NCBI GenBank assembly: GCA_040219255.1
Contig: JAVJSW010000064.1
Coordinates: forward strand, 1 to 50,541
Reading direction: 5' to 3'
DNA: 50,541 nt
Origin: Sumerlaeia bacterium
GTDB taxonomy: Bacteria; Sumerlaeota; Sumerlaeia; SLMS01; JAHLLQ01
Shown: positions 39,059 through 49,509 of the stretch, one piece after another
How positions within the stretch are numbered: position 1 is the stretch's first letter
Layout of the letters: each line of letters begins with the position of its first letter
Translations under genes and position numbers: made by a program
The notes under the pieces: model-generated
Database searches by the model: none
What the model saw: only the letters and a program-made list of their open reading frames with translations
Told to the model about the DNA's origin: nothing

Positions 39059-40153
39059 ATGAGCCAATCCCAAACCCCCTCTCATTTGACCGCCTTTCGC
39101 GAGGAAATCGACGCCATCGACGCCGAACTCGTGCGGCTGCTCGACCGCCGCGCGGAGATCGCCCGCGCCGTCGGCGAGGCGAAAGAGGGCAGCGGCCGGC
39201 CCACCTTCGATCCGGGCCGGGGCAAAGCCGTCATCGAACGCGCGCTCTCGCGCTCGAAAGGCGACTTCCCCAAGAATGGCCTCGAGCACGTTATGCGGGA
39301 AGTCGTCTCGGCCTGCCTGAACCTGCAGAAGCCCCTGCGCGTCGCCTTCCTGGGCCCCGCCGCGACCTACGCCCATCTAGCCGCCGCCCGCGAATTCGGC
39401 ACGTCGGTGACCTTTGAGCCCTGCGAGCAAATCCGACAGGTCTTCGAAGTCGTCTCTCGCGGAGAAGCCGACTACGGCGTCGTTCCGGTGGAGAACTCGA
39501 CGGGCGGCATGGTGCATCAGACCCTCGACAGCTTCTTCGACTTCGAACTGCGGATTTGCTCCGAGGTGCTCTTGCCCATACGCCATTGCCTGCTGAGCAA
39601 CGTGGACCTGGATAAAATCGAACACATCTATTCCCACCCGCAGACCTTTCAGCAGTGCGCCAAGTGGCTCCGCGAACACCTGCCCAGCGCCGAGCTGCAC
39701 GAAATGGCAAGCACCGTGAAGGGCATGATCAAAGCCCGCCGCGGCAAGAACTCCGCTTCCATCGGCAGCGCCCTCGCCGCCGAAGAAGTGGGCCTGAAAA
39801 TCGTCGCCGAAGGCATCGAAGACAACCGCAACAACACCACCCGCTTCCTGGTCATCGCCAAGAACGACACGCCGGCCTGTGGGGACGACAAAACCTCGCT
39901 GATGTTCTGCGTGAAGAACAAGCCGGGGGCGCTGTTCCATCTGCTCAAGCCCTTCGCCGACCGCGACATCAACCTGACCAAGATCGAGTCGCGGCCGTCG
40001 AAGAAAGAAGCCTGGGAGTACGTCTTCTTCGTCGACTTGATCGGCCATCGAACCAGCGAACCGGTGCGAGACGCCGTGGCCGAACTCGAGGCCCAGTGCC
40101 TGATGCTGCGCATCCTGGGGAGCTATCCCCGCGAGCGCAGCCTGCGCGAATAG
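39059..40153 (+). CDS. pheA: Chorismate mutase/prephenate dehydratase (P-protein)
   Basis: REEIDAID, AFLGP, PVENSTGG, SHPQ, NTTRFLV, NLTKIESRP (ACT domain). Confidence 0.96.
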   Translation: MSQSQTPSHLTAFREEIDAIDAELVRLLDRRAEIARAVGEAKEGSGRPTFDPGRGKAVIERALSRSKGDFPKNGLEHVMREVVSACLNLQKPLRVAFLGPAATYAHLAAAREFGTSVTFEPCEQIRQVFEVVSRGEADYGVVPVENSTGGMVHQTLDSFFDFELRICSEVLLPIRHCLLSNVDLDKIEHIYSHPQTFQQCAKWLREHLPSAELHEMASTVKGMIKARRGKNSASIGSALAAEEVGLKIVAEGIEDNRNNTTRFLVIAKNDTPACGDDKTSLMFCVKNKPGALFHLLKPFADRDINLTKIESRPSKKEAWEYVFFVDLIGHRTSEPVRDAVAELEAQCLMLRILGSYPRERSLRE

Positions 40154-40253
40154 GCCCATCCCCGCTCGATTTCCAGTCTTCGCGGGGAACCCCGCCGGCG
40201 CCGCTCTTGTCCCTCTCCTCGTGATACATTTCTCCTTCGCGAGGTTTCGTACA

Positions 40254-40775
40254 ATGCGCGCTTTCATTCGGTTTTCAATTCTGATGGCTTGGCTGGGCGT
40301 GATCGCCCTGGGGCTGCTGGCGGGCGGTTGCGGCCGCAAAGCCCTGCCCCCCGGCGAGCGCACACCCACGGAAATCTCCATGTCGGAGGAACTCTCCGAA
40401 GACATGGCCATCACCATGGAGCGCCAGGCCAGCTATGGCGAAGGCGCCGCCTTCCGGCTCCTGATCGAAGCCGACGGCACCGTGTCATGGCAGGGTGTCA
40501 AGAACGTCTCGAAACCGGGATGGCACCAATGGCGCATCGCCCCCGACCGCATCGCGGGCATCCGCGCCGAGTTCCAGGGCGTCAAGTTCCCCGAGCTGGC
40601 CCAGGAATTCACCGAACCGGCTCCCGTCGGCCGGCCCACCACCATCATTTCCTACTACGAAAACGGCGAAACTCTGACCACCCACCGCGACCACGGCGAT
40701 CCTTTCGCGCCGATGCGGATGAAGGTGCTGGAAGAGACAATTCTGGATTTGTCGGGGGCTGGGGAGTATCTCTGA
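40254..40775 (+). CDS. Lipoprotein, DUF6438-like
   Basis: Lipobox LAGG-C; ITMERQASYG…LIEADGTVSWQG. Confidence 0.65.
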   Translation: MRAFIRFSILMAWLGVIALGLLAGGCGRKALPPGERTPTEISMSEELSEDMAITMERQASYGEGAAFRLLIEADGTVSWQGVKNVSKPGWHQWRIAPDRIAGIRAEFQGVKFPELAQEFTEPAPVGRPTTIISYYENGETLTTHRDHGDPFAPMRMKVLEETILDLSGAGEYL

Positions 40776-41140
40776 CGTAGTCCCTGAATCGGGAAATCCG
40801 GCTGCCGCGGGATCGGCATGCGATTCTGCCCGAGTTGCTTTGACTTATGGGTTATCGATAATATTTCGGAGGATATAGAGTGGGCGCAAGATCCAGGAGC
40901 GCTATCACTGGCGGGTCTCAGAATGTGGGTCCACCTCATACTCAACCAGTTTTGCTCAAGGATCGACGAGTCAAATCAAGTCGAGGTGAATCTGGGGCGA
41001 AAGATTGACGAGGAATCGGTCAGACGCGGGTTCACCCGCAGCAAAACGGCAAGCTTCCGGGAGGCTCCCGCAGGAGGCAAATGCTGGAATGCTTTTGCTG
41101 AGCGCCTACCCGGAACCCCAAATCACCCAGAAAATTCGTC

Positions 41141-41317
41141 CTACGCCGCCTCCCGACGATACTGCCGGACCAAGCCGCCCAGTTTCTGCCGGCACTGAAC
41201 CTCGCTGATCGTCCGCACACGGAATCCCGACTCCAAAACCTCATTCGCCATCCTGACGCCTCGGTGCGGCCGCTCGGTGTTGTAATGCTCCGCCCAGGTC
41301 TGGACCGAGTGTCTTAG
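41141..41317 (-). pseudogene. C-terminal remnant of an integrase-core (rve) transposase
   Basis: Manual translation LRHSVQTWAEHYNTERPHRG…EVQCRQKLGGLVRQYRREAA*; not in the ORF track. Confidence 0.75.
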
Positions 41318-41659
41318 GGGGCATAGGCAGGCAGGGCCGCCCTGGTTGCGGTCGGCGGCGAGCGGCCGGAACTCGCCGAAGCCGTCCCCTGCATCATTGG
41401 CTCTCGTTTATGTCAGCGATGGATCGAACCCGTCCAGGAGTCAGTTGGCATTCCATCGCACGGATTGCGTGACGAGACGCGTGCATCAGGCATCGCGGCT
41501 GCCATGGTCCGGGCACATGAGTTGCGTAGATTCATGAACCGCAAAACTGGTTTTCGTCAGGAGGCTGCTCCTCCGCATGCCCGTCGGTCCTCGGGTTTCT
41601 CGCGATCAGACGCATGCCATTGCCTTTGCAATACAATTCCTCTTCTCCAGGAGCGAAAC

Positions 41660-43705
41660 GTGACTGAACATACTGATGCTACCGTAAACAATCCCCGCCC
41701 CGCGGAAAGCGGCGACGTCGATTGGGGACGCCGGCGCATTGTCGTCGAGGCCGTGACCCCTCAGGTCGATGGCGGCCGCTTTCCGGTCAAGCGGGTCGTA
41801 GGCGATTCAATCGTCGTCGAGGCCGACGTTTTTGTCGATAGCCATGACGCCATCTCGGCCTTTGTGCTGCACCGCCGGAAGGGGGAAGAGCAGTGGCGCG
41901 AATCGCCGATGGAGCTTATCATCAACGATCACTGGTCCGGCTCTTTCCGCATCTTCGAGATGGGCGAATACGAGTACACCGTCCGGGCGTTTGTGAACAC
42001 GTTTCGATCCTGGCGCCGGGACCTGACCAAGCGCGCCGAAGTCGGTCAGAAGGGGCCGGAGATGGAGGCGGAGATGAAGGCCGGCTCGCTGATGATGGAG
42101 GAAGCGGCCTCGAACGCGTCCGGCGAGGAGAAGGACTTCTTGCTGATGCAGGCCCGCCGGTTGGTGGACGAGAATCTGTATCTGACCGAACGCATCGGCT
42201 ACGCCCTGGACGATCGCCTGCCGGAGCTGGTGGACCGGCACGGCAGCCGCTCGCTGGCCACCACCTTTCCGGGTATTCTGCCGCTGACGGTGGATCGCGA
42301 GCGAGCCCGTTTCAGCGCCTGGTACGAGTTCTTTCCCCGTTCCGCCGGCAAAGGCACACAGCACGGCACTTTCAAAGACGCCGAGAAGTTCCTCGACTAC
42401 GTCGCCTCCATGGGCTTCGATGTCGTTTATCTTCCGCCCATCCACCCGATCGGCTTTGACCACCGCAAAGGCCCCAACAATGCCACCGAGTCCGGTCCGG
42501 ACGATGTGGGGAGCTGCTGGGCCATTGGGTCGAGCGAAGGCGGGCACAAATCCGTTCACCCGAAACTGGGGACGATAGAGGATTTCGACCGCCTGGTGGC
42601 GCGCGCGCGGGAACTGCACATGGAAATCGCCCTGGATATCGCGTTCCAGTGCGCTCCGGATCATCCCTATGTGAAGGAACATCCCGACTGGTTCCGCCAC
42701 CGGCCGGATGGAACGATCCGCTATGCGGAAAATCCGCCGAAGAAGTACCAGGACATTTATCCGTTCGACTTCGAAACCGATGCGTGGCGGCCGCTCTATA
42801 ATGAATTGAAGAGCGTCTTGCAGTTCTGGATCGACCGGGGCGTGAAGATTTTCCGCATCGACAATCCGCACACCAAGCCCTTCGCCTTCTGGGAGTGGGT
42901 CATCGGCGAGTTGAAGCAGAAGCACCCGGACCTGATTTTCCTGGCGGAGGCCTTTACCAAGCCCCGCGCGATGGAGCGTCTGGCGAAGGCGGGATTCACC
43001 CAGTCCTACACCTACTTCACCTGGCGTAACACGAAGTGGGAACTGCAAGAATACATGCGCTATCTGACCAACCCGCCGGTCAGCGACATTTTCCGGCCGA
43101 ACTTCTGGCCCAACACGCCGGATATTCTGCCGGAATACTTACAGACCGGCGGGCGCGCCGCCAGCGCCGCGCGCCTTGTGCTGGCGGGAACGCTTTCTTC
43201 CAGCTACGGAATCTATGGCCCCGCCTTCGAACTTGTGGATGTGGCGCCGCGGAAAATCGGAACCGAAGAGTATCTGAACTCGGAGAAGTACGAAATTAAG
43301 GACTGGGACATCGACGCCCCCCACAGCCTGCGCGACCTGATGACCGCGCTGAACAGAATCCGCCGGGAAAACACGGCGCTCCACGGCAACGCGGAGCTGC
43401 GATTCCATGAAACCGAGTGCGAAGAAATCGTCGCCTACTCCCATCACACGGCCAACCAGATCGTGCTGACGGTCGTGAATCTGGACGCGCACCACAAGCG
43501 GAGCGGCTTTGTTCATCTGCCCTTGCAGGAACTGGGCATGGACCCGCGCCGGCAATACCAGGTCCACGACCTGATTACCGACAAGCGCTTCCTCTGGCAC
43601 GGCGAACGCAACTACGTGGAATTGGACCCGGCGCAAGATAACGCCCACATCTTCCGCGTCCGCCGCCACATTCGCAGCGAAGTGGATTTCGACTACTTCT
43701 TGTAA
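41660..43705 (+). CDS. glgE: Alpha-1,4-glucan:maltose-1-phosphate maltosyltransferase
   Basis: WYEFFPRS, YLPPIHPIG, YAENPPKKYQDIYP, FRIDNPHTKP, FLAEAF, NTPDIL; AGGAG RBS before GTG 41660. Confidence 0.96.
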   Translation: MTEHTDATVNNPRPAESGDVDWGRRRIVVEAVTPQVDGGRFPVKRVVGDSIVVEADVFVDSHDAISAFVLHRRKGEEQWRESPMELIINDHWSGSFRIFEMGEYEYTVRAFVNTFRSWRRDLTKRAEVGQKGPEMEAEMKAGSLMMEEAASNASGEEKDFLLMQARRLVDENLYLTERIGYALDDRLPELVDRHGSRSLATTFPGILPLTVDRERARFSAWYEFFPRSAGKGTQHGTFKDAEKFLDYVASMGFDVVYLPPIHPIGFDHRKGPNNATESGPDDVGSCWAIGSSEGGHKSVHPKLGTIEDFDRLVARARELHMEIALDIAFQCAPDHPYVKEHPDWFRHRPDGTIRYAENPPKKYQDIYPFDFETDAWRPLYNELKSVLQFWIDRGVKIFRIDNPHTKPFAFWEWVIGELKQKHPDLIFLAEAFTKPRAMERLAKAGFTQSYTYFTWRNTKWELQEYMRYLTNPPVSDIFRPNFWPNTPDILPEYLQTGGRAASAARLVLAGTLSSSYGIYGPAFELVDVAPRKIGTEEYLNSEKYEIKDWDIDAPHSLRDLMTALNRIRRENTALHGNAELRFHETECEEIVAYSHHTANQIVLTVVNLDAHHKRSGFVHLPLQELGMDPRRQYQVHDLITDKRFLWHGERNYVELDPAQDNAHIFRVRRHIRSEVDFDYFL

Positions 43706-43791
43706 CCAGAGCGCTTCACATGACCGACCGCGGCCCGGTTCGCTGGGCCGCCTTCCATCCCCAGACCCTACCGAGCAAGGAAAACTGACTG

Positions 43792-46700
43792 ATGCCGACT
43801 TCCAGCCCGTCCAGGAAAACCACGCAAGCCGCTCACGATGGAAAAACCCATTGGCACAAGGACGCCATCATCTACGAGGTCAACCTGCGCGCGTTTCAGG
43901 ACAGCAACGAGGATGGCGTCGGGGATTTCCCCGGGTTGATCGACCGCTTGGATTACCTCCAGGATCTGGGAGTGAACACCCTTTGGCTGATGCCGTTCTT
44001 TCCTTCGCCATTGCGCGACGACGGGTACGACATCTCCGACTTCAAGAACGTGCATCCCGAGTATGGTAACCTTGCCGATTTCAAGCGTTTGGTCAAGGAA
44101 GCGCACGCTCGTGGACTGCGGGTCATTATCGAGTTGGTGATCGCCCACACCAGCGATGAGCATCCGTGGTTCCAGGCGGAAAGAGCCGCTCCGAAAAACA
44201 AGCGCAACTTCTACCTGTGGAGCGAAACCGGGCGTGAGTACCCGGAAGCGCGCGTCATCTTCGATTCGGAAACGTCCAACTGGGCCTGGGATTCGCAGGC
44301 GGAAGCCTACTATTGGCATCGGTTCTATTCCCATCAGCCCGCCCTCAATTTCGAAAACCCCAAGGTCCGCAAGGAAGTCCTCAACATCGTGGACTTCTGG
44401 CTCAAGCTGGGCGTCGATGGCGTCCGGCTCGATGCGGTTTCCTATCTCTTTCAGGCGGAAGGAACGACCTGCGAAAACCTTCCGCAGGTGCATGACTTCC
44501 TGCGCGAAGTCCGCGGCTTCATGGAAAGCAGCTACAAAGACCGCATCTTGCTCGCCGATGCGAACCTTTGGCCCGAGGATGCGGCGGCCTATTTCGGCCA
44601 GGGGGACGAGTGCCACATGGCTTTCCATTTCCCCCTGATGCCGCGCCTGTTCATGGCGCTGCACATGGAAGATCGTTTTCCCGTGATCGATATCCTGGAG
44701 CAAACACCAGATCTGCCTGAAGGCGCCCAGTGGGGGATCTTTCTTCGCAATCACGATGACTTGACTTTGGAAATGGTCACCGATGAAGAACGGGACTACA
44801 TGTACCGCATGTACGCTGGCGACGAACGGATGCGGGTGAATTCGGGCATTCGCCGCCGGCTCGCGCCACTCCTGGGTTTCAACCGGCGGCGCATGGAATT
44901 GCTCAACGCCCTTCTGTTTTCCCTGCCGGGCTCGCCCTGTCTCTACTACGGGGATGAAATCGGAATGGGAGACAATATCTATCTCGGCGATCGCAACAGT
45001 GTCCGCACGCCGATGCAATGGAGCCCCGACCGCAACGGGGGGTTCTCGCGCGCGAACGCCCAGCAACTCTACGCCCCCACCGTGGTCGATCCGGAAGCGC
45101 ACTTCGAGTCCGTGAATGTGGAAAGCCAGATGCGCAACCCGCATTCCTTTGGCCGATGGGTGCGCCGGTTGATCGCGTTGAGGCGCCGGTACCACTGCTT
45201 TGGCCATGGCGACACGGAATTTCTGCATCTGGCGAACCCGAAGATTCTCGCGTTCATCCGCTCCGGTGAGAATGAAAAGATCCTCGTCATCGCCAATCTT
45301 TCCCGCTTCGTACAGGAGGTCGATGTCGATCTGACGGATTACTCGGGGTGGACGCCGACGGAAGTTTTCGGCCGCCAGGAATTTCACCAGATCCCCGAAG
45401 ATGGCCGTTACTACCTGACTCTCGGCCCCCATTCCTTCTATTGGTTCGAGCTGCGGCCGCCGAAGAAAAAAGACGGTCGCCCCTCGCAAAAGCGCCCTCC
45501 GCTGAAAGCCGAGCGCGAATGGCAGGAGTTGCTGCAGCCGCGCCGGCAAGAGGACCTCGTCACCGTTCTCGAGAACTGGATGCCGCAGCGCCGCTGGTAC
45601 GGAGGCAAGGCGCGCCGCATGAAGCAAGTCTCCATCGCGGAAATCCTGCCCCTTCCCGGCAAAGACATCGATGCGATGATTGCCTTTGTCCAGGTGGAGT
45701 ATGCGGAAGGCGCCACGGACAATTACGTGATGCCTCTTTCGTTCGCCCGCGGGGCCGACGCGGGGGTGATCGAAGCCAGTACCCCCCACGCCGCGATCAC
45801 CCGCGTCGTCTTTGAAAAAGATGGCTCTGAAGGATTGATCTACGATGCGTCCGCCCAGCAGCAGGCGTGCTCCGCCTTTCTGCGGTTGATCGAGAAAAAG
45901 AAATCCATCGCGGGACGCGGCGGCGAACTGCACGCGCGCCAGACCCCGGCTTTCAAGAAGCTGCGGGGTGACGAGGAACTCACACCCAAAGCCTCGCGCG
46001 CCGAGCAGAGCAACACCTCGATTATCTACGGCGACCGCATGATTATGAAGATTTTCCGCCGTCCGGACGAAGGCATCAACCCGGACCTGGAAATCTGCCG
46101 TTTCCTTACCAACCAGAACCAGTTTCACAACATCGCCTACGTGGCCGGATCACTGGAATACGCCCCGCAAAAGGGCGACTCGATGACTGTGGCGATGCTG
46201 CAAAGTTTCGCCTCCAACGAAGGCGACGCCTGGGAGTACACGCTCGATGAGTTGGGGCGCTATATCGAGCGCGTCATTTCCGAGGGCTGTCTCGGCAACC
46301 CAGCGCCCGTTCCGGACCTGCCGCCCTTCGACCTGGCGAAGTCGCAGCCGCCCGCACTCTTTACCGAACTGGCCGGTCACTTTCCGCCCCTCGCCGCCCT
46401 TCTCGGCAGGCGAACGGGAGAAATGCACGCGGCGCTGGCGAATTCCGAAGGGGACGCCGATTTCGCTCCGGTCAAGCTCGACAGCCTTTATCAGCGTTCC
46501 CTGGCGCAATCGTTCCGCAACCACACCAACGCCTCTCTGCAATTACTGAAGCGCAAACTGCGCGAGACGCCCGAGGGCGCGCGGGCTTCGGCCGAATGGG
46601 TGCTGGAACACTCGGACCTGGTTCGCTCCACCTTCGCGTCGCTTTCAAGACTCAAGGCCACAAGCATGCGAACGCGCATCCATGGCGATTACCACCTGGG

Positions 46701-47157
46701 TCAGGTGCTGTTCACCGGACGCGACTTTGTGATTATCGACTTCGAGGGCGAGCCCTCGCGCAGCATCGGAGAGCGCCGCCTGAAGCGGTCGCCGCTGCGG
46801 GACGTCGCGGGGATGCTAAGGTCCTTCCAATACGCCGCCTTCACTGGGTTGCGGGCCGCCGCCTCGCAGGGGCTCGTGACAGAGCAGGAACTGCCTCTCC
46901 TCGGGCCATGGGTCGAGGTATGGCAGCGTTGGATCAGCGCGATCTACCTGCGCGATTACCTCGACGCGGCCTCGAAGAGCAACTTCCTGCCGGACAACGA
47001 AACGGAACTGCGCCTCCTCTTGGTGATCTTTCAGTTGAACAAGGCCCTCTACGAAGTCACTTATGAGCTGAACAACAGACCGGACTGGGTTGCGACTCCC
47101 CTTTCCGCGGTGCGAGAGCTTCTTCAAGAAGCCAATGCGAACGGAAGAGAACCCTAG
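43792..47157 (+). CDS. treS: Trehalose synthase / maltokinase fusion (TreS-Mak/Pep2)
   Basis: SPLRDDGYD, RLDAV, FLRNHD, GIRRRLAPLL; maltokinase motifs EQSNTS, RIHGDYHLGQVL, IDFEGEP, SPLRDVAGMLRSF. Confidence 0.94.
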   Translation: MPTSSPSRKTTQAAHDGKTHWHKDAIIYEVNLRAFQDSNEDGVGDFPGLIDRLDYLQDLGVNTLWLMPFFPSPLRDDGYDISDFKNVHPEYGNLADFKRLVKEAHARGLRVIIELVIAHTSDEHPWFQAERAAPKNKRNFYLWSETGREYPEARVIFDSETSNWAWDSQAEAYYWHRFYSHQPALNFENPKVRKEVLNIVDFWLKLGVDGVRLDAVSYLFQAEGTTCENLPQVHDFLREVRGFMESSYKDRILLADANLWPEDAAAYFGQGDECHMAFHFPLMPRLFMALHMEDRFPVIDILEQTPDLPEGAQWGIFLRNHDDLTLEMVTDEERDYMYRMYAGDERMRVNSGIRRRLAPLLGFNRRRMELLNALLFSLPGSPCLYYGDEIGMGDNIYLGDRNSVRTPMQWSPDRNGGFSRANAQQLYAPTVVDPEAHFESVNVESQMRNPHSFGRWVRRLIALRRRYHCFGHGDTEFLHLANPKILAFIRSGENEKILVIANLSRFVQEVDVDLTDYSGWTPTEVFGRQEFHQIPEDGRYYLTLGPHSFYWFELRPPKKKDGRPSQKRPPLKAEREWQELLQPRRQEDLVTVLENWMPQRRWYGGKARRMKQVSIAEILPLPGKDIDAMIAFVQVEYAEGATDNYVMPLSFARGADAGVIEASTPHAAITRVVFEKDGSEGLIYDASAQQQACSAFLRLIEKKKSIAGRGGELHARQTPAFKKLRGDEELTPKASRAEQSNTSIIYGDRMIMKIFRRPDEGINPDLEICRFLTNQNQFHNIAYVAGSLEYAPQKGDSMTVAMLQSFASNEGDAWEYTLDELGRYIERVISEGCLGNPAPVPDLPPFDLAKSQPPALFTELAGHFPPLAALLGRRTGEMHAALANSEGDADFAPVKLDSLYQRSLAQSFRNHTNASLQLLKRKLRETPEGARASAEWVLEHSDLVRSTFASLSRLKATSMRTRIHGDYHLGQVLFTGRDFVIIDFEGEPSRSIGERRLKRSPLRDVAGMLRSFQYAAFTGLRAAASQGLVTEQELPLLGPWVEVWQRWISAIYLRDYLDAASKSNFLPDNETELRLLLVIFQLNKALYEVTYELNNRPDWVATPLSAVRELLQEANANGREP

Positions 47158-47159
47158 AT

Positions 47160-48950
47160 ATGCTTTCCGCCGATCCCTCGGAAATTGGAGCCGTCCGCCT
47201 CGCGGATGGCTCCTGGCAATTTCGCCTGTGGGCTCCGGCGGCGCAGCGAGCGGCCTTGCACTTTCCCGCGAGCGGCCAGCATCTGGAAATGCAGCCCGCC
47301 GATTTCGGCTACTTAACAAAGCGCGTCGCAGATCCCCCCGCCGACGGGCTTTACTTCTTCCGGCTGGATGGCGGTGAAGACCTGCCCGACCCCGCTTCCC
47401 GGTCCCAGCCTCATGGCGTTCACGGCCCGTCGCGGCTCGCTTCGGAGGAGTACGACTGGCGAAGCGAGAAATGGCCGGGGGTGGCGCGCTCCGAACTGGT
47501 GATCTATGAAATGCACGTCGGTGCCTTCACACGCGAAGGAACCTTCGCGGCCGCCATCGCCCATCTGGAGGAACTGAAATCCCTGGGCGTCACAGCCATC
47601 GAGATCATGCCCGCCGCCCAGTTTCCGGGCGGGCGAAACTGGGGCTACGACGGCGTTTTTCCGTTCGCGGTGCAAGACAGCTACGGCGGTCCGCTGGGGC
47701 TGAAGCAATTCGTGGATGCGTGTCACCTGCGGGGCATGGCGGTCATTCTCGACGTCGTGTACAATCACCTCGGGCCAGAGGGCAACGTCCTGCACCGATT
47801 CGGCCCGTACTTTACCGATCGCTACCGCACCCCGTGGGGATCGGCGCTCAACTTCGATGGAAAATCCAGCGATCCGGTTCGCGCCTATTTCCTCGCCAAC
47901 GCGACCTATTGGCTCCGCGAATTCCGCGTGGATGGGCTGCGGGTCGATGCCGTTCACGCAATTTACGACAACACCGCCCAGCACTTCCTTCAGGACCTCG
48001 CCGAAGCCATCCACGAAGAAGGCCAATGCGCCAACCGCCAAACCCACATCATCGCAGAAAGCAAAGTCAACTCCCCCCGCCATACACAATCCCTCCAGAG
48101 CGGCGGCTTTGGCATGGACATGCAATGGAACGACGATTTCCAGCACGCCCTCCACGCCCTGATCACGGGCGAGAGAAACCGCCACTACGCGGACCACGGC
48201 GAACTCGCGCACATGGAGAAAGCCTACTCCCAAGGCTTTGTGCTGACGGGGCAGTATTCCCATTATCGCCAGCGCCGCCACGGCGTTTCGTCACGAGGCA
48301 TGGAAGCGGACCGCTTCGTTGTCTTCGCACAAAGCCACGACGACATCGGCAACCGCGCCGACAGCCAGCGCCTCGCTCAACTCGCCGGTTTGGAGTTTGC
48401 CAAGCTGGCCGCCGCCGCGACGCTCCTTTCCCCCTACATCCCGATGCTGTTCATGGGCGAAGAATACGCCGAACCCGCCCCATTCCACTACTTCACCTCG
48501 CACAGCGGACCGGGCTTGATCGAAGCCGTCCGGCGCGGGCGGAGGCAGGAGTTTGGCCATCAATCCGAATCGCCCGATCCCCAGGCGGAGGAAACGTTCA
48601 CCAACTCCAAGCTCAATCACGCGCTGAAGTCCCAATCCCCGCACCGGGAAATGCGGAGCTATTACAAGGAACTCCTGCACCTGCGGCGAGCCCTGCCGCC
48701 GCTGCGCACCTTGTCGAAGGAGAACATGCTCGTTCTGTCCGACGCTTCGCGCCAACTCCTCTCCGTTCGCCGTTGGGCCGACGACCAGCAAACGGTGCTC
48801 CTGCTGAACTTCAGCAACAAAACCCAGGTCGCGCCGTCCGATCCCGCCCTGCGGGTGATCCTGGACTCCGCCGACAGCCAATGGGCAGGCCCCGGCCCCG
48901 CCCCCGCGGGAAACATCGGCCCCGCCAGTTGCCAACTCCTCTCCACGTGA
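47160..48950 (+). CDS. treZ: Malto-oligosyltrehalose trehalohydrolase
   Basis: FRLWAP, DPASRSQPHGVHG, RNWGYDGV, YNHLGPEGN, GLRVDAVHAI, IAES, QWNDDF, LFMGEE. Confidence 0.95.
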   Translation: MLSADPSEIGAVRLADGSWQFRLWAPAAQRAALHFPASGQHLEMQPADFGYLTKRVADPPADGLYFFRLDGGEDLPDPASRSQPHGVHGPSRLASEEYDWRSEKWPGVARSELVIYEMHVGAFTREGTFAAAIAHLEELKSLGVTAIEIMPAAQFPGGRNWGYDGVFPFAVQDSYGGPLGLKQFVDACHLRGMAVILDVVYNHLGPEGNVLHRFGPYFTDRYRTPWGSALNFDGKSSDPVRAYFLANATYWLREFRVDGLRVDAVHAIYDNTAQHFLQDLAEAIHEEGQCANRQTHIIAESKVNSPRHTQSLQSGGFGMDMQWNDDFQHALHALITGERNRHYADHGELAHMEKAYSQGFVLTGQYSHYRQRRHGVSSRGMEADRFVVFAQSHDDIGNRADSQRLAQLAGLEFAKLAAAATLLSPYIPMLFMGEEYAEPAPFHYFTSHSGPGLIEAVRRGRRQEFGHQSESPDPQAEETFTNSKLNHALKSQSPHREMRSYYKELLHLRRALPPLRTLSKENMLVLSDASRQLLSVRRWADDQQTVLLLNFSNKTQVAPSDPALRVILDSADSQWAGPGPAPAGNIGPASCQLLST

Positions 48951-48989
48951 CGAGCAAAGCTCAGCCAACATCCCGGAAGCGCAGCCTGC

Positions 48990-49130
48990 CAAAGCGCCGC
49001 CCCCTTGCAGCTTCGCCCGGTTAGCCGGCGAATGCCGGTCGTCGGCGTCGTGAACTGGCAGATCGATAGCCTTGGCGAGCGCGTGCCGGACGGTGCTTCT
49101 GCCCGCGCCCGAACACCATAGGGGCACCAT
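48990..49130 (-). pseudogene. Gluconokinase-like N-terminal fragment
   Basis: SGAGRSTV…LAKAIDLPVHDADDRHSPANRAKLQGG resembles GntK GxSGxGKST…DxDDxHPxxN; P-loop Lys absent; truncated. Confidence 0.6.
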
Positions 49131-49509
49131 GTACCTGTGCTTTACCTCTAAGCAAGCCTTCGCGCTTGGCAACTTTATGGGCGCAAGGTCCTTCGTATGA
49201 CATTATGCCCTCCCTCGGGACTTCGGCCTGGACGGGTCGCTGGGGTACTTGACACCGCGCGAGTTCGCGGCACGATCAAAGGAGAAATCGCCCTCCCCCC
49301 GGGGGGAGGGTCAGCAGGAAGAAGAAACCGGAAGCCTCGCATAGCGGGTGGTACCGGTTTTGGGGGTTGATCACCGCGCCTCAAGGCTCGCGCACGAGAG
49401 TTAGGAGGCCATGGGAGCGTTTTTGGACTCGGGGTATATGAATTTTGCGTTGCCTTGACGAGAGTCTCGCTCTTTCTTTACTCTACCGTTAGAACCTTGG
49501 GAGTGTGCT

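Noticed and set aside
40818-41198. 126-aa ORF
   Set aside because: No motifs, atypical composition, overlaps the transposase remnant.
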